From Chrysomallon squamiferum (lineage: Eukaryota > Animalia > Mollusca), in contig CM022670.1 of assembly GCA_012295275.1 (NCBI GenBank), positions 18,724,001 through 18,788,000 of the forward strand: DNA of 64,000 nt, read 5' to 3'. The position numbers were made by a program, and so were the translations under genes. Numbering within the stretch: the first letter of the stretch is position 1; each line of letters opens with the position of its first letter. The notes under the pieces were generated by a model. The model did no database searches. It was not told where the DNA came from and was given only the letters and a program-made list of their open reading frames with translations. Below are positions 41,241 through 53,248 of this stretch, in pieces.

Positions 41241-44200
41241 CTCTGGATTATTTGATGATTTAGTGATTATTTTAAAAAGTGTAAAAATAAATTGATTTTT
41301 ATCAGTAAATTAAATGTGTATTATTTACTATTTCATTAATGCTGTCTATTGTTTCTAAACAAACACACACACACACACACACACACAGGCATACATGCAC
41401 ACAAGGCATACACACACACTACACAGAAATTACAAAAACATTTTCAGATGATAAATCTTTAATATATTTAAGTCTTGATTCATGAATATGAATTTTACAA
41501 TATTTAAATGAATATGAATTTTACAATATTTAAATAAATAATGTAAAATATGAGTCCTGCAGATATTATAATAAACCTGGATTTTGACATGTTCCTTGGA
41601 ATCAAGGTTATTTTTTTCTCTTTCATTTTTCATAACCATATTAATGGTCAGATCCACTAATGTCAATTTACAATATTTCATGTGCTTGTTGAAGCTAAAG
41701 CATTTATTTTTATTGTCATAATGAATGTCCACAATCCAGATTCATTAAACTGATATTTTAAACATCTTAAGTAAATATTAATTTTAAGCATGTTGTGGGT
41801 GTTTTGAAGGTTTTTTTTTTCTCTGTGTACCAGATCAAGATAATGGCAAGAACAGGTGAGAACAGAACTTTGGCACTGGTTAGTTTTTGGTACACTGCCA
41901 GTGATATAACCTTCAAGATAATTGAATTATAGTTTTCTCTTCCTTTGTCTTAAGTTGATTTGTTTCTTGCTTAATTTTATTTATTTATAATAATAAGTTG
42001 TTGCAACTATTACATTACTACTATTACAGCTACTATTACTATTACTACTACCACTAATAATAATTTATTTTTTTCACACACATATTATTGTTATATTTGT
42101 CTGAACACAAAGAACAGATTAGTGACTGAATGATTTTATTAGTGCAGAATGTGAGTCTGAAAGTAAATGCAGTTAAGTCTGAAGAATGAAAAACTTAATC
42201 AAAATCAGAAAATGAATGTTTTATTGGTTATATCAATTCAATCTTAAAAACAGAAACAACTGGCATTTATGTTACTTAAAATTACATCTATTAATGAACT
42301 ATCAGATTATCATTAAAGAAAAATAATTCAGCACATGAATCACATAGATAAATACACACACAGGCAAATTTAAAATAGCATTTACAAATTATCTCTGCTG
42401 ATATTGTGCAACAGGAGAATCTACAACAAAATGATCAGCTTCTGTGCCCTTTTTAAGCTGTTTCATATTCCAAACTGTATCCCATGTAAGACATATCAAG
42501 TGCCAGGTTATGTATTTCCTGTCCCTGGGAAGGTATTTATAAAAGAACATATGCTGCTATCTATAGAAGTTGCTAAAATCAAGGCTACAAGTTTCATCAA
42601 AACTATGTATCTATCAGTAAGAAAGACAGAAACAATATTTTATGGGCACAAAATTTCTTTCACCACTCTTAAGCTGCAGAAATATCTTTATCATCTGGCT
42701 AAATGTAAAAGCAACCAAAGTTAGGTCTAATTTATGAAAACTGTTTTTCTTAAATGCAAATGTTTAAGTATCCAGACAAAACTGTATACAAGCATGTAAA
42801 ATTGATTTGTGTCTTTACTTTTTTTTTTTTATCACACCCTGCCATACTCTTACAGATTAACAGGAAAATAAAGGAAAAAAGACGCATCTCACCTCATCAC
42901 TCTCTGATTGATCAACATTGCCATTGTGATCATCATCCAACATACGATGCAAACTCTGAATTGCTTCAAAGTTTTCTCTCTCTTTTAAACACACCTGATC
43001 ACCATCATGACAATCTGTAAAAACAAATTATATATGTAACTTATTGTTAATTAAATAGCATACAAACAAGTAAATAATATCAAATTTGAGAGCTTTATTA
43101 AATGTACCACTGGTTGTTAATATTCATTTGTTTACTATTTTAATTACATTGAATTTGAAACTGCTGATCAAAAGATAGAGTTAAAAGTAACAAGAAGGAC
43201 AAATCAAAACCACATTTTTTAGTAAATACACTTACTTGAACTATACTGAATGACAGCAATTGCAGCACAAACCAATGGATGTAAAACCATTGTGATAAAT
43301 ACAACAGTTAAATTTTGCGAACTATATGTGATCAGCATAAATAATAATATTAAGAAATATCAAAATTTGTCTGACGTGGAAAAATACATATTTTCCTCAC
43401 AGTTCACAACTTCAGCTTTATGTAATAAAATATGATAATGCGACCTACTGCTAGGTACTGCTCTCATGTCATTTATCATATACTAAGTGAAAAAGCAGTT
43501 TGTGTTTTAAAATCAATAACTGAAATATCACTGAATCTAAAATACAATTGATATACAGTTCAAAAACAAAATATGTTGTTATTTAACAAAAACAGTAATA
43601 CCATTTACCTCATCATCATAAACTATCATACTAATAAAAAAATATCCAATAAAACAAGTTTTAAAAAGCAATTTTAAATATGCTTGATGAAACAAGTGTA
43701 AATTGACATTTTTTTCTGTAGAAATCATTAATTTTATCATTACTAATGTCACATATGCCAATTAAAAAACAATATATGTTTGTGTTTTTGTGTATTTGGG
43801 TGTATGTATACATGTAAATATATATTTGTATGTATGTATGTATATCCATGTTTGCAATGATATAATAAACCAAAAAATTATTTATTATATTCTATTGTTC
43901 CTAAGTATATACGAAGAAAAAGATTTGCAAACAACAGAAACAACAGAAAAAAAAAAATAAATAAAAACTGATTTCAAATAACCAGGCAAACCATACATGC
44001 AACTTTACAATCAAAGGTATGAAAAATATCAGCCATGATGCTAATCTACAAACTTTTGAACTAATTCTATTCATTTAGTTTGCTTTGCGTTTTCATAATT
44101 ACAATCAGAAACCTGAGGCACAATGCCAATCTACTAAGATTTGTATCAACCATATTAATTCTGTGTGGGTTTTTTTTCATAATATTACATGACCAAATAT

Positions 44201-47200
44201 AAGAGGACAATATCTCAATCTACTAACATGTGTATCTTTGTTCAATTTATTTTGTGTTTTCACAATTTTATCACAATAATTATAGTATATATTTTTTTTT
44301 TTAGACATAATGTCAATCTGCAAACCTTTATATTCACTATATTCATTTACTTTATTTTGTGTTTTCACAAGACTAGAGACTTTTTGAAATTACACCAATG
44401 TTTGAAATTATTTATTCTTCAAAATAGGAAAGATAGTATTGCAATACAAATAGCTTGCAATATATTTTATTGTATATTTCAATAAATCTACAACACAAAC
44501 ATTTTACTAAGACAAAGCATGTATTTTACACACACCTACACACAATCTATTCTACATATGTGTTTAGTTAATGTGGTTTACACTATATAACACATAAATT
44601 TACATATATTTCATGCAGATTTTCTGACCAGCTAAGATAGTATCAAGTAGAGTGTTGATAGTGAGACAAATGCTTTATGCTAAACAATCAGTTAGTTATA
44701 GTACATTTAGTTGTTGTATGGCAGTTGGTAATGACTGAAAACCAAATTTATAACAAATATATGATAAATATTTACTGAACAGCATTTTGATAGGTAATTC
44801 TTCTACACACTTTCACACACATATATATAAAATAGTATATATGTATATGTATGATGAAGAATTATTATACATACATACAGACACACATACATAAAGCAGT
44901 AACAATTATGTTTGAGACCTTAAAACCATTAATATTAAACAGTTTTTTCATCCATTTACCCATAAATTAAACAATACACAAATATCAGTTTCAGATTGTA
45001 TAAAAGCCATGCATAATTATATAATTAACTGAATGAAATATGTAGTGTTATTATTTAACAATAATAATATCCCAGGTTATTTATAACACCATTTAGCTCA
45101 TTATCATAAACTAAAATATCATATTAATTAAAAAAAGGAGACACAAATCCAGTAAAATCAGTTTCAAAAATCCATACATACTGTTGTCATATCAGTCAAT
45201 CTCTATTTATTTCAGGACAAGGTTTTGTGTCACAATGACAATGACAAAAACCTCATCAATGATAACAATTTAGCTAAATCATTATCATAAAATTAATATT
45301 ATTATTTCTAAAGATCCTTTGGATAACTACTTTAAAGCAGTGTATCAGTAAGTGAATGTGTTCACCAGGTTTAAATATAATGAATATTATAACAATTGTT
45401 GGATTTTTATGATTTTAGTGCTCAAAGAAAAAGTTTAAAATAACATTATGTATACTGACATGAATAAACTACAAAAAAAGGTTTACAGTTAATGAGTTTT
45501 AAGACAAAGAAGTACATATTAATAATACTCCAAAACAAGACTTTTTATATTTAGTTGTGTATGACAGTAAGGCATGAAATGACTTTTGAAGGTCATTTTA
45601 TTTCATGATACAGTATCATAATACTATGATTATAAATAGATTTTTTTTAATTATAAAAACAGCTTAATGTCATAATGCCTACACATTAGTCTCTACCATA
45701 AATACAGAATGGAGATTCACTGATTCCTAGATCATGACTGATTATGTATTTTCCCCTTCTACTATTAAAATATTATAAAGCTTATGTTAGTGCACAAAAT
45801 GGTTGCATATAAGACTGATAAATGTAATAAACACTCACACACACACATATATATCAGAATCGTCTATATAACTTGTTATACATGTGTATTAAAAAATGAA
45901 CATAGACGCATCACTTATAGTAATTATAATCCTTGAATGTTTTAAGAAACTTACATATAGGCAATAATGATAAATTTCATCTGTGAATAAATAAATGATT
46001 AATGTTGCCTATACTATCTGTATAGTTGTAATATGAAAGGAGAATCTGTTACCACCACATTACATATTATTCTTACTCATTAACAGTAAAAGAATTTTGA
46101 GATGTTCTTTCTTACTAATTAGAAAAAAAGCAATAACTTTACTAACAAGGTCTGATCCTTAAACCAACAACAGTATCACAGGGAAATCTTTCAGCAACTG
46201 AAGTAATTAATATAAATGGAAAATAAAAAATATCAAATAAAAAGATACTATTAAAAATAATATAATCTCTTAGATTGGTGTGAAAATAGATAGAAAAGTC
46301 AAGGAAGTTGGTCATGGAAAGTATTTGTAACATACATCAGTGTGACCATCTCAATTTTATGACTAATCTGCCACTTGTAGTGACTGGCAAGGGACTTGAT
46401 TATCTTGGACCAATACCAAATGAATAACAACAAAGGAGGTGCAGTATTTTTCAGTAAATAGTTTTAAAAAAACCTTAAAATTTACTCAGTAAAACAAGAC
46501 AGTTCACAAACTCTAACAAATTCTGTCTGAGCAACTTGTATCCATCTCTTTCAATTTAATTAACAACAGTAAAGAAGAAAGTTAATAACTTAAATCAAAA
46601 CTGTATTTTTAAAATGTGTTTAAACACAAAAAGAAATGCCAAATAGAATTTGAGAAATAAAATCATGTCTCATTTCGAGGAAGTTGGTCAGCTTCTTATA
46701 TCTGATATGTTAGTGATACAAGATAATGAGAAAATAAAAGATATATGTAGATGTTAATTAGATTGACACCATGTAGGTGAAACATAGTTCATTTTTTTGT
46801 TGTTTTTTTGTTTTGTTATTGTTTTTGTCTCTGATACTTCAACAAGTTCAAGGTGTCAATAACACAGGACCTGCTTGAATTCAGGTATATAATATGTCAA
46901 TGTTAAATGAATTAGTGTTGGCTCATTAATAAATCATTTGCATTCAACAATAACTAGTCTGACAGATTTGACATAATTAAGATTGTGAATAAAATTGTGA
47001 TCTGAATATAAATTGATTTTTATATTAGGTTTATTATTATTATTAATTCATTTTATTTAATTTTTTAGGTATTGTTATTATTATTGTAGTATTTTATTAT
47101 TTTCATTTCTAATTTACACATCATTAAAAAGAACAAAATTGCAGGGATGCATTTTTTAGGTTACAGTTATTTCAGACTACTTGAAGATAATTTAGTTCTA

Positions 47201-48089
47201 CTGAATATACCATGCCAACTGAAGAGTGATAACCAATAGTAACATAATTAATAGCAATGGGTTTTAAATTAAATATTTTATATTTTGATTATTTATATAA
47301 AAAAATATTCATGTGACATTGTTAATATTAAGTTGTGAATGCCACAGTATCTGTGACTTATGGATCCTGTGTAGAAAAATTGATATTTCACATATTTTAA
47401 CAACCTCCTTCCTTGCTAATGCTAGGCTAGGATAAATAAGAAGCGAAGAAGAGTACTTATAAATTATGAAGTCATACGTACAGTTTAGCCAAAACTTTAA
47501 CAATTAAAGTTTGTGTATTCTTTTATTAAAATAGTTAACCAATTTTAATTCAAATAAAAAAAAGGGAAAAAAAGGGAAAAAATGAAATTTATACAAATTC
47601 AATGATGTGCGAGTGCCTGTTTTTAGTATGAGTTATTAAGAGTATAACTTCTAATTCTATAAGCGAGTCTGTTAATTTTCCTAAAAGCGACATTAGACAC
47701 TGACACTTGACACTGTTATTTTTCTTATCGTTGGATACATCGAGATTAACTGCCAGACGTTTTGCCAACTATTTGGCTCTTACAGTTAAAATTAAATCAA
47801 TAATGACAATAAAAATTGAATAATTTTTACATGAATACATATAATGTGAATGTGACTTACCAAACAATTCAGCACTTGGATCAGGACTTTTTTTCGACGA
47901 TATTCTGTCATTTTCCATAATACTAGCTGTATTATATTCCAACCCAGAAACATGTAAAGACAAACAAATCCACAACCAAAGAAACATTAAATGCCGCGAT
48001 GATGGCAAGAATTTTATTTCAGTGACGTGGGTGCATCGAAGTCCACTATACGATCTATATCCAAAGTATTGTAATCTCCACATCTCCAT
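15899..48089 (-). CDS. STIM1: Stromal interaction molecule (STIM) ER calcium sensor, spliced gene span; 13 core exons (703 aa) plus candidate alternative exons
   Basis: All core exons join in phase with GT-AG introns. EF-hand DDDHNGNVDQSE, SAM NWTVDDVLEWL..VELPQY, HRQKLALKAMDTVLFGPP, TM GGCWFAY, SOAR LQAWLQLTHEVE / AHSSSLDDVD, acidic DDADED, Lys-rich C-terminus. Likely co-orthologue of vertebrate STIM1 and STIM2. Confidence 0.96.
16569..16734 (-). CDS. STIM1: STIM penultimate exon (Ser/Pro-rich)
   Basis: YVMKVVASKSVLHSMSNPNSGSTSSLSLP...VLFHLGD; TCTCAG / GTGAGT; phase 1-2. Confidence 0.85.
17345..17388. repeat. (GT)n microsatellite
   Basis: Direct reading. Confidence 0.95.
18736..18778 (-). 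other. STIM candidate 43-nt alternative exon with in-frame stop (VMEHSLEHKVN*)
   Basis: T8-AAACTAG acceptor, AAG|GTAAAA donor; read in phase 1 it ends at TAA 18746-18744. Confidence 0.4.
19126..19224 (-). CDS. STIM1: STIM candidate cassette exon, 99 nt in frame
   Basis: TTTCAG acceptor, GAG|GTAAAA donor, phase 1-1, open: ASVHMADHYQIKNTPHYPSLEERSCVRGKQKFR. Confidence 0.62.
20674..20760 (-). CDS. STIM1: STIM exon 11 (acidic inactivation domain)
   Basis: PSSSNSVPSLTHNYAIDDADEDIPPFPT; TTGCAG / GTTTGT; phase 1-1. Confidence 0.85.
21183..21328 (-). CDS. STIM1: STIM exon 10 (SOAR alpha4 / CC3)
   Basis: AALEEVKQDLQERLLRWHAIENICNFPIMTNPG; TATTAG / GTAAGT. Confidence 0.93.
23469..23569 (-). CDS. STIM1: STIM exon 9 (SOAR alpha2-3)
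   Basis: CDKIRKRNRAFFGSLRMAHSSSLDDVDKWILHAR; TTACAG / GTGAGT. Confidence 0.95.
23645..23674 (-). CDS. Candidate alternative 30-nt STIM microexon (VICNILTQFV) inside SOAR/CAD
   Basis: CTAG acceptor with upstream CTGAC branch-like motif but weak pyrimidine tract, perfect GTAAGT donor, phase 0-0, stop-free, TGCATG and GCATG in the 75-nt downstream intron. Confidence 0.5.
25637..25864 (-). CDS. STIM1: STIM exon 8 (CC1 alpha3 and SOAR alpha1)
   Basis: AEEELAQLRATLKRTEKQLE...PSELQAWLQLTHEVE...AKEE; TTTAG / GTGAGT. Confidence 0.95.
26823..26913 (-). CDS. STIM1: STIM exon 7 (divergent CC1 middle)
   Basis: LEMAEQRQLSPSMEFKAVDSGTSEHMDSKW; open frame that bridges phase 2 (exon 6) to phase 0 (exon 8); TGTAG / GTGACT. 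Confidence 0.8.
28179..28353 (-). CDS. STIM1: STIM exon 6 (transmembrane helix and CC1 alpha1)
   Basis: [49 protein letters not shown] / GTTAGT. Confidence 0.95.
28904..29019 (-). CDS. STIM1: STIM exon 5 (SAM end)
   Basis: LACSNSSFFVNVLGIKNSIHRQKLALKAMDTVLFGPPK; TTGCAG / GTGAGT. Confidence 0.95.
29052..29104. repeat. Poly(T) tract of about 53 nt (poly(A) on the STIM sense strand)
   Basis: Direct reading; lies just upstream of the STIM exon 5 acceptor. Confidence 0.93.
31136..31247 (-). CDS. STIM1: STIM exon 4 (SAM domain)
   Basis: FNWTVDDVLEWLEIHVELPQYIDVFVANGVDGTSLPR; TTTCAG / GTATAT. Confidence 0.95.
31511..31680 (+). mobile_element. Decayed copy of a dispersed SINE-like repeat
   Basis: AAAGGCTGTGGTAT also seen at about 26215 (AAAGGCTGTGATAT); related fragments at about 7935-8125, 27100-27215, 32955-33075 and 58480-58600. 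Boundaries approximate, class is inference. Confidence 0.4.
37768..37978. repeat. Local duplication of about 70 bp
   Basis: TGATTCACTGTTCTCAGAGAGATAGCAGGGACAGATATTTACTTA...AGAGACTCAACACATAATAT at 37768-37836 and 37906-37978. Confidence 0.9.
38526..38640 (-). CDS. STIM1: STIM exon 3 (hidden EF-hand)
   Basis: [44 protein letters not shown] / GTTTGT. Confidence 0.95.
38965..39012. repeat. (GT)n microsatellite
   Basis: Direct reading. Confidence 0.95.
39548..39890. mobile_element. Degenerate Tc1/mariner-like MITE in STIM intron 2
   Basis: Left end (TG)CGGTGGTACCTGTCTT versus reverse complement of right end (TA)CAATGATATCTGTCTT, differing only by transitions; internal GCAGGTGTC repeated. Confidence 0.5.
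42893..43014 (-). CDS. STIM1: STIM exon 2 (Cx6C and canonical EF-hand)
   Basis: DCHDGDQVCLKERENFEAIQSLHRMLDDDHNGNVDQSESDE; TTACAG / GTGAGA. Confidence 0.95.
47861..48089 (-). CDS. STIM1: STIM exon 1 (signal peptide)
   Basis: Hydrophobic MFLWLWICLSLHVSG, donor G|GTAAGT at 47860, phase 1 matches exon 2. Start could be ATG 48089, 48083 or 47987. Confidence 0.8.
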
Positions 48090-48410
48090 TAAGTTATTCT
48101 TTCACAGTTTCACATACATACATGATACTGAAATATGGGTGTTTCTCGTTTTTTGTTTTTATTTATGTGCGATAATCGGAGAGTATTGCATTTTCATGCC
48201 TATACTAGCGTGTTACTGTTAGACAACATCACAGGCACGATTCAGAAGTGTCCCATTTAAATCGACTGGTAACAAGCATTCCCGTTGTTAGTTATATTTT
48301 TTCACGTCATCAAGAAAAGACACCAGTAGGCTTTGAAGAGTAATCTATCTGTCGGCACACTTCGGGTATATCCGTAGGTCTCTGAAAATTGCAAAATATA
48401 ACGGGTAAGT
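48090..48410. promoter_or_regulatory. STIM 5'UTR/promoter, probably bidirectional
   Basis: CpG-retaining segment upstream of the STIM ATG, GATGACGTGA motif (minus, 48302-48311), and a + strand donor CGG|GTAAGT at 48405 suggesting a divergent first exon. Confidence 0.55.
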
Positions 48411-48535
48411 TCTTACTAGAATAATCGTTAATATTGTAAATAAAATTGCCTGCTACAGAACATAATTAATTAAATAACTTTCATGGATGAATGTTATTCT
48501 TTATGGCTGTTAATTTAAAACAAAACATTTCTCTC

Positions 48536-48536
<1 letters not shown>

Positions 48537-48591
<55 letters not shown>
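48537..48591. repeat. (TTA)n microsatellite
   Basis: Direct reading. Confidence 0.93.
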
Positions 48592-48592
<1 letters not shown>

Positions 48593-50716
48593 AAAAACAG
48601 TATTACTTCAAACTTCCGAAAGTTCATGTGTATCGAAATCGAAAAATCGATATTTGTTTATATAAATGTACTAAGAATATAATAAGACATTACTGTTTTT
48701 GCTTTGTTGTTGTTTTTTGTTGTCCTTGTTGTTTGGTTTGGATTGCTTGTTTTTATTTTTATTTTTTTTTATTATTTTTATATTTTTTAAATTGCTCCGA
48801 AGGTATTTATTCAAATATCATTCCGCCCTATTTCAATATAATTATGATGAACTCTGTAGAAAGAACCTCGAAATTCGATAAAATTTGATATAGGTAAATC
48901 AAAGAGTTTGATGACATAAAAGTATTCCGCATATGTATTTACACTGATTGAAAATAGATCCAATAAGGGGAATTTTGCCTCACAAATTTATTTGTCTATG
49001 ATATTATTATAGTTGCTGGTGGTGATGGCGGTGGGGACAATGACAGTGACTTATTCTCATAAACGGTAGGAATACAGTACGGAGAGGAATGTATAACGGA
49101 TAGATAATAACAAAAGTAAAATGCATACGAGTGGAAGTTTAACATGGAGAACATATTCTCTTACATATATTTCTTATTAACAAACGTAGCTTTTTATTAT
49201 AAACATATTTTTGCTATTAAACAAATTATTATATGAAAATATATTCGGATGTCTCGTATGTTATTTGATATTCCTTCCTTTGCATTTAATAATTTATGAT
49301 CGTTACATTCAAATATATGTATAATCATGGCCATAACTATACTTTTTGAAATGAGGCAAAAACACTTAATCGCCGAGCGGAACGGGGCAAAAATATTTGG
49401 GGCCGCCCAAGGCCTCAGAAGCTCCGACTTGAAAGACGCAAAATCCTTGAGTCTAGCCATTTATAATTTATATTTTTAAAATCAAATTTTTGTTTATTAA
49501 AAAAAATTAAATTAAATTTAAAAAATTAAAAATTAATCGTCGATTTCTGTATGAGCCATTTGCCTCATTTCACTCAATGTAGATTCAACTGTGATAATGA
49601 TATCATTCTCCACTTTTGTCATTTTTCAAATATGTCATTTCCTTTTCCCTTAGAATATTAAACCATCACACAAATTTCGATAGGAAGTTTAACAGTAGAG
49701 GTTCTAAATTTACATAAGACACTGGCGTTCTTTTGAGTCAACACTTCATTCTTAATGACAGAGGTATTACTGTTTTATTATTTCATATTGTTTTTATTAC
49801 TTTATTAGTAATTAATTAATTATAATTCTTCCACTGAGATAATCTACCTGCTAAGCTGAAACTTAATTTTTTATTTGTTGCTGTTGGCGTTTTATCTGCT
49901 TCCAGTTAATCACTTCTGTTGGTGCTGCTGTTTTTATTACTGTTTAATTTGGATTTCTTTTAATATTTGTTTAAAATGCACCCAGATCATTGTCTTATAA
50001 ACATGAGTTGATTCTGAGTTTTGGGGAAGAAAAATCATAACTGCTGTTATTCATTAATACACATACATTTATTTATACGAATATAGGCCTCCTAATTATC
50101 ACCAAGGCCAGTAACAAATATTTCATATCGTTGTTTTAGTCTTTCCTCAGTTATCTCTCTTACATTAAACTGCTGCGTTTCGATCCGAAATATAGGAAAA
50201 CTATTTTAACTAGTCAGGGTATCTGCATTACCGTTTACAAGAATAAAACTAGTAATTTAAAATAATTTCACACAAACTACAGAAAAATGGATGTTTTAAC
50301 AGAATCTCAATAATAATGTTAAGAAATAAGAAATTCGCAGCTGCAAATCGAAGTGCTAATCTTTTCAGTTAGCCGTGAAAAATCTTTTAGCTGAATCTTC
50401 CTTTGGAACCTACATATATACCACGATATTTGTTAAACCATCTCGGGAATACTTGTTGCATGGTCTGTTAATCCGGCGACAAATGACACCACAGTACAAT
50501 GCTCTAATTACTAATAAAAGAATCAAAGAAATCAGTTTAAGTTAACTACTTTTCTCCTTACAAATATTGCTGATATATAAATGCCTTTATAAAAATACTA
50601 ATTCGGAATTTGAAGATAATTAGTTAATTACAGAAATAAAAGAGTGATATTAAACGGATGTAAATTTATTTGGTCTTAATTATAGGTTTTCCCCCATTTT
50701 TCTTCCACTTAGTTAC

Positions 50717-50817
<101 letters not shown>

Positions 50818-51115
50818 ATGGAAATATAACATTATTACTCAGAATTAATGCATGTAGCATGTATGTATATATATTTGTTGCGTCAATGTAAAATTACGTA
50901 CATTTATAAAACGTATATGCACATGTGATCAGATGTTGCTTACAAAGTCGTATTTAGCTTCTTTTTTTCTTTTCTTTTTTCTTTTAACAGTCATATAAGT
51001 AAACGTACGTTATAATCCATAACTGTCAGGTTTTTATTTATTTATCTATTTATTTATTTTTAGTCTTAGTTTTTTATATATATATATATATATATATGCC
51101 TATATTTTGTTACAG

Positions 51116-51260
51116 GTCACTGCTTACTACATCTCTAGCGAACAAAATAATGTATGACTAATGAATAGTTTCATCTGTGGAGGCGGCACACGGGATCTTA
51201 ACGGAAAATGTCGACGATTCCCGATAAAGATCATACATTAAATGAGACATTTCTATATGA
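51116..51260 (+). other. Probable non-coding 5'UTR exon of the profilin-like gene
   Basis: TTTTGTTACAG acceptor, GTAAAT donor, further acceptor TTTTGCAG at 51463; contains only short upstream ORFs. Confidence 0.4.
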
Positions 51261-51700
51261 GTAAATTGTTTTATATTTTTATTTCTCTTTGTTCATTCTT
51301 CTCTATACATACTGCAACATTCTAAACAGCCATCCATTATATATTTAAATGATTTAGCAGCATCACAGGATATTGCTCATTTCCGTAAAAATTAAATAAT
51401 CGTCAATTTCCGTGAAAACTTCTTACAAAAATAAAATGCACTGAAATGAACACTGTTTTGCAGGCGGAGTACTTGTAAGTCTGTTACTTAACTCTCTCGC
51501 GCAAACCGTGACTATTGTTCTAATTCGGCTTTCTTTTCAGAATGAGGTAAACAGCAAGGTGAATCAGTTCAAGAACAATTGTTTCTTTTCTCTCACAACC
51601 GAATTTCATTTTATATTTACACTGGGTGGGGGCAGTGTGTAGTAGTACCTCACACTGAAAGTTTTTGACTTTAAACATTAGTAAAGTTATGCTAGAACTC

Positions 51701-52105
51701 ATGACGTGGAATGAAATAGTTACCAGCTTAACTGCTGAAGGAAAACTGAAAAAAGCAGCCATCTTCGACCTGAACGGCGATAAACTAGCTGGGACGTCTG
51801 GCATACAAATATTAGCTTTGGAGGCGAGGGATATACTAAAATGTCTAACTATTTCAACACCAGTGAACACGATTTTCGCTCTGTTTGTGGAAGACGAAAA
51901 GTACAGCTGCTTTGTTGTGGATGAAAATACATTAATTGGAAAAACAACGAAAGATATATTTGTTGCTCACAAAAGCAATAATGTATTAATTTGTGGTTTT
52001 TCGGATGTGAATTCAGAAGTGTCATGCCTAAGTGGTGTTAAGAAGTTTGCAAGTCGTATCGGTGGCCAGGTGGGACCCGACGTCGTTGTTCCTGCTTTGA
52101 TATAA
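51701..52105 (+). CDS. Divergent profilin-like protein, 134 aa, no intron in CDS
   Basis: Starts MTWNEIV (profilin MSW-like), AAIFDLNG strand, ALEARDIL helix, EDEKYSCF, IFVAHKSNNVLICG, and a C-terminal helix; size fits profilin. AATAAA at 52281. Confidence 0.75.
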   Translation: MTWNEIVTSLTAEGKLKKAAIFDLNGDKLAGTSGIQILALEARDILKCLTISTPVNTIFALFVEDEKYSCFVVDENTLIGKTTKDIFVAHKSNNVLICGFSDVNSEVSCLSGVKKFASRIGGQVGPDVVVPALI

Positions 52106-52955
52106 ATTAACACGGAGAGTTCCTTAAAGAAAGTGGGAGGGATGTTCTCAGGTTAAATTAATTGTGGTTCAGACTTGCTCTAGAAAAACCAACTTTCATA
52201 ATGCTGAATTTGATTCTTAATTTTTTGTATTTTTTTTTTTTTTTTATTTATTAATATTTATGTGAAGAAAATAATGTATGAATAAAGTTTTGATGAAGTA
52301 TTTATTTATTCATAATGTATGTTTGCAATATTAAAAAGCGGTTAATATTTTTTTTCAAAACGACTGCGGAGAAAACGTTTTCGGTGATCGAATTGAAAGT
52401 TGTGTACGGAAAGACGTCACTCACTGTGAAGAGTCGCCTCAGGCACATGACGAAAATGAATCATGTACATTCTTCACCAACAGCAGATTGAGTTAACTAC
52501 AGAAACTGTTCAGTCAAATGTGTGTTTAGTTAAACTACGTCAACCTTTTCTAGTGTATTTTATTATTACGTGTTGTGATGTTCTGTCCATTAGAAAAAAT
52601 GTTGTGTAGATCGGTGGCAAATGCTTGTCTAGCATACATCACCATACTTTTTCTTTTTCTTATATACTTTATTATCAGCTAAAAAGAAAAGAAGAAAACG
52701 TTCAAATAGCCTAAAAAATCAAAAGCAGTATAAATAAAATCAAGACTGATCAATAAGACTGAATTTTCATAATGTAGAATTTTATACTGATGCAGTTTGA
52801 AATTATTTTTATTATTAAGTTCTATAAATGTGTTTGACAATCTTATTATTCGTACGTAATTATTATTGCGGCTTTTTGTAAAAAGTTAAAATAAATGTCC
52901 AGAAATAAAATAAGTAGGTGACATGTAATGGAGTTTTTTAAGATTTGAACATTAT

Positions 52956-52995
<40 letters not shown>

Positions 52996-53211
52996 AAAAT
53001 CAATTATGTCCATCATTATTAATCCATTGCAAAACTTTGATACAATAGCTTTTCTTCTTGTCACTTCCGCAGAAACAAACGAGAAACAAAAAGTTAATAG
53101 CAGCAAAGTTACTGATTAATTAGTCCATATAGAAATATTTCGCACATGTCAAACAACAGAAGAAATTGTATAAAATGTGAGCAATGTTAAACATATTCTG
53201 TAAGATACATG

Positions 53212-53248
<37 letters not shown>

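Noticed and set aside
45955-45980. 26-nt exon-like segment in STIM intron 1 (TTCACAG|ATG...TAT|GTAAGT)
   Set aside because: Good splice signals, but it frameshifts the phase-1 intron and its own ATG frame stops in exon 2; cannot be distinguished from a pseudo-exon.
51520-51870. 116-aa minus-strand ORF
   Set aside because: Antisense shadow of the profilin-like CDS.
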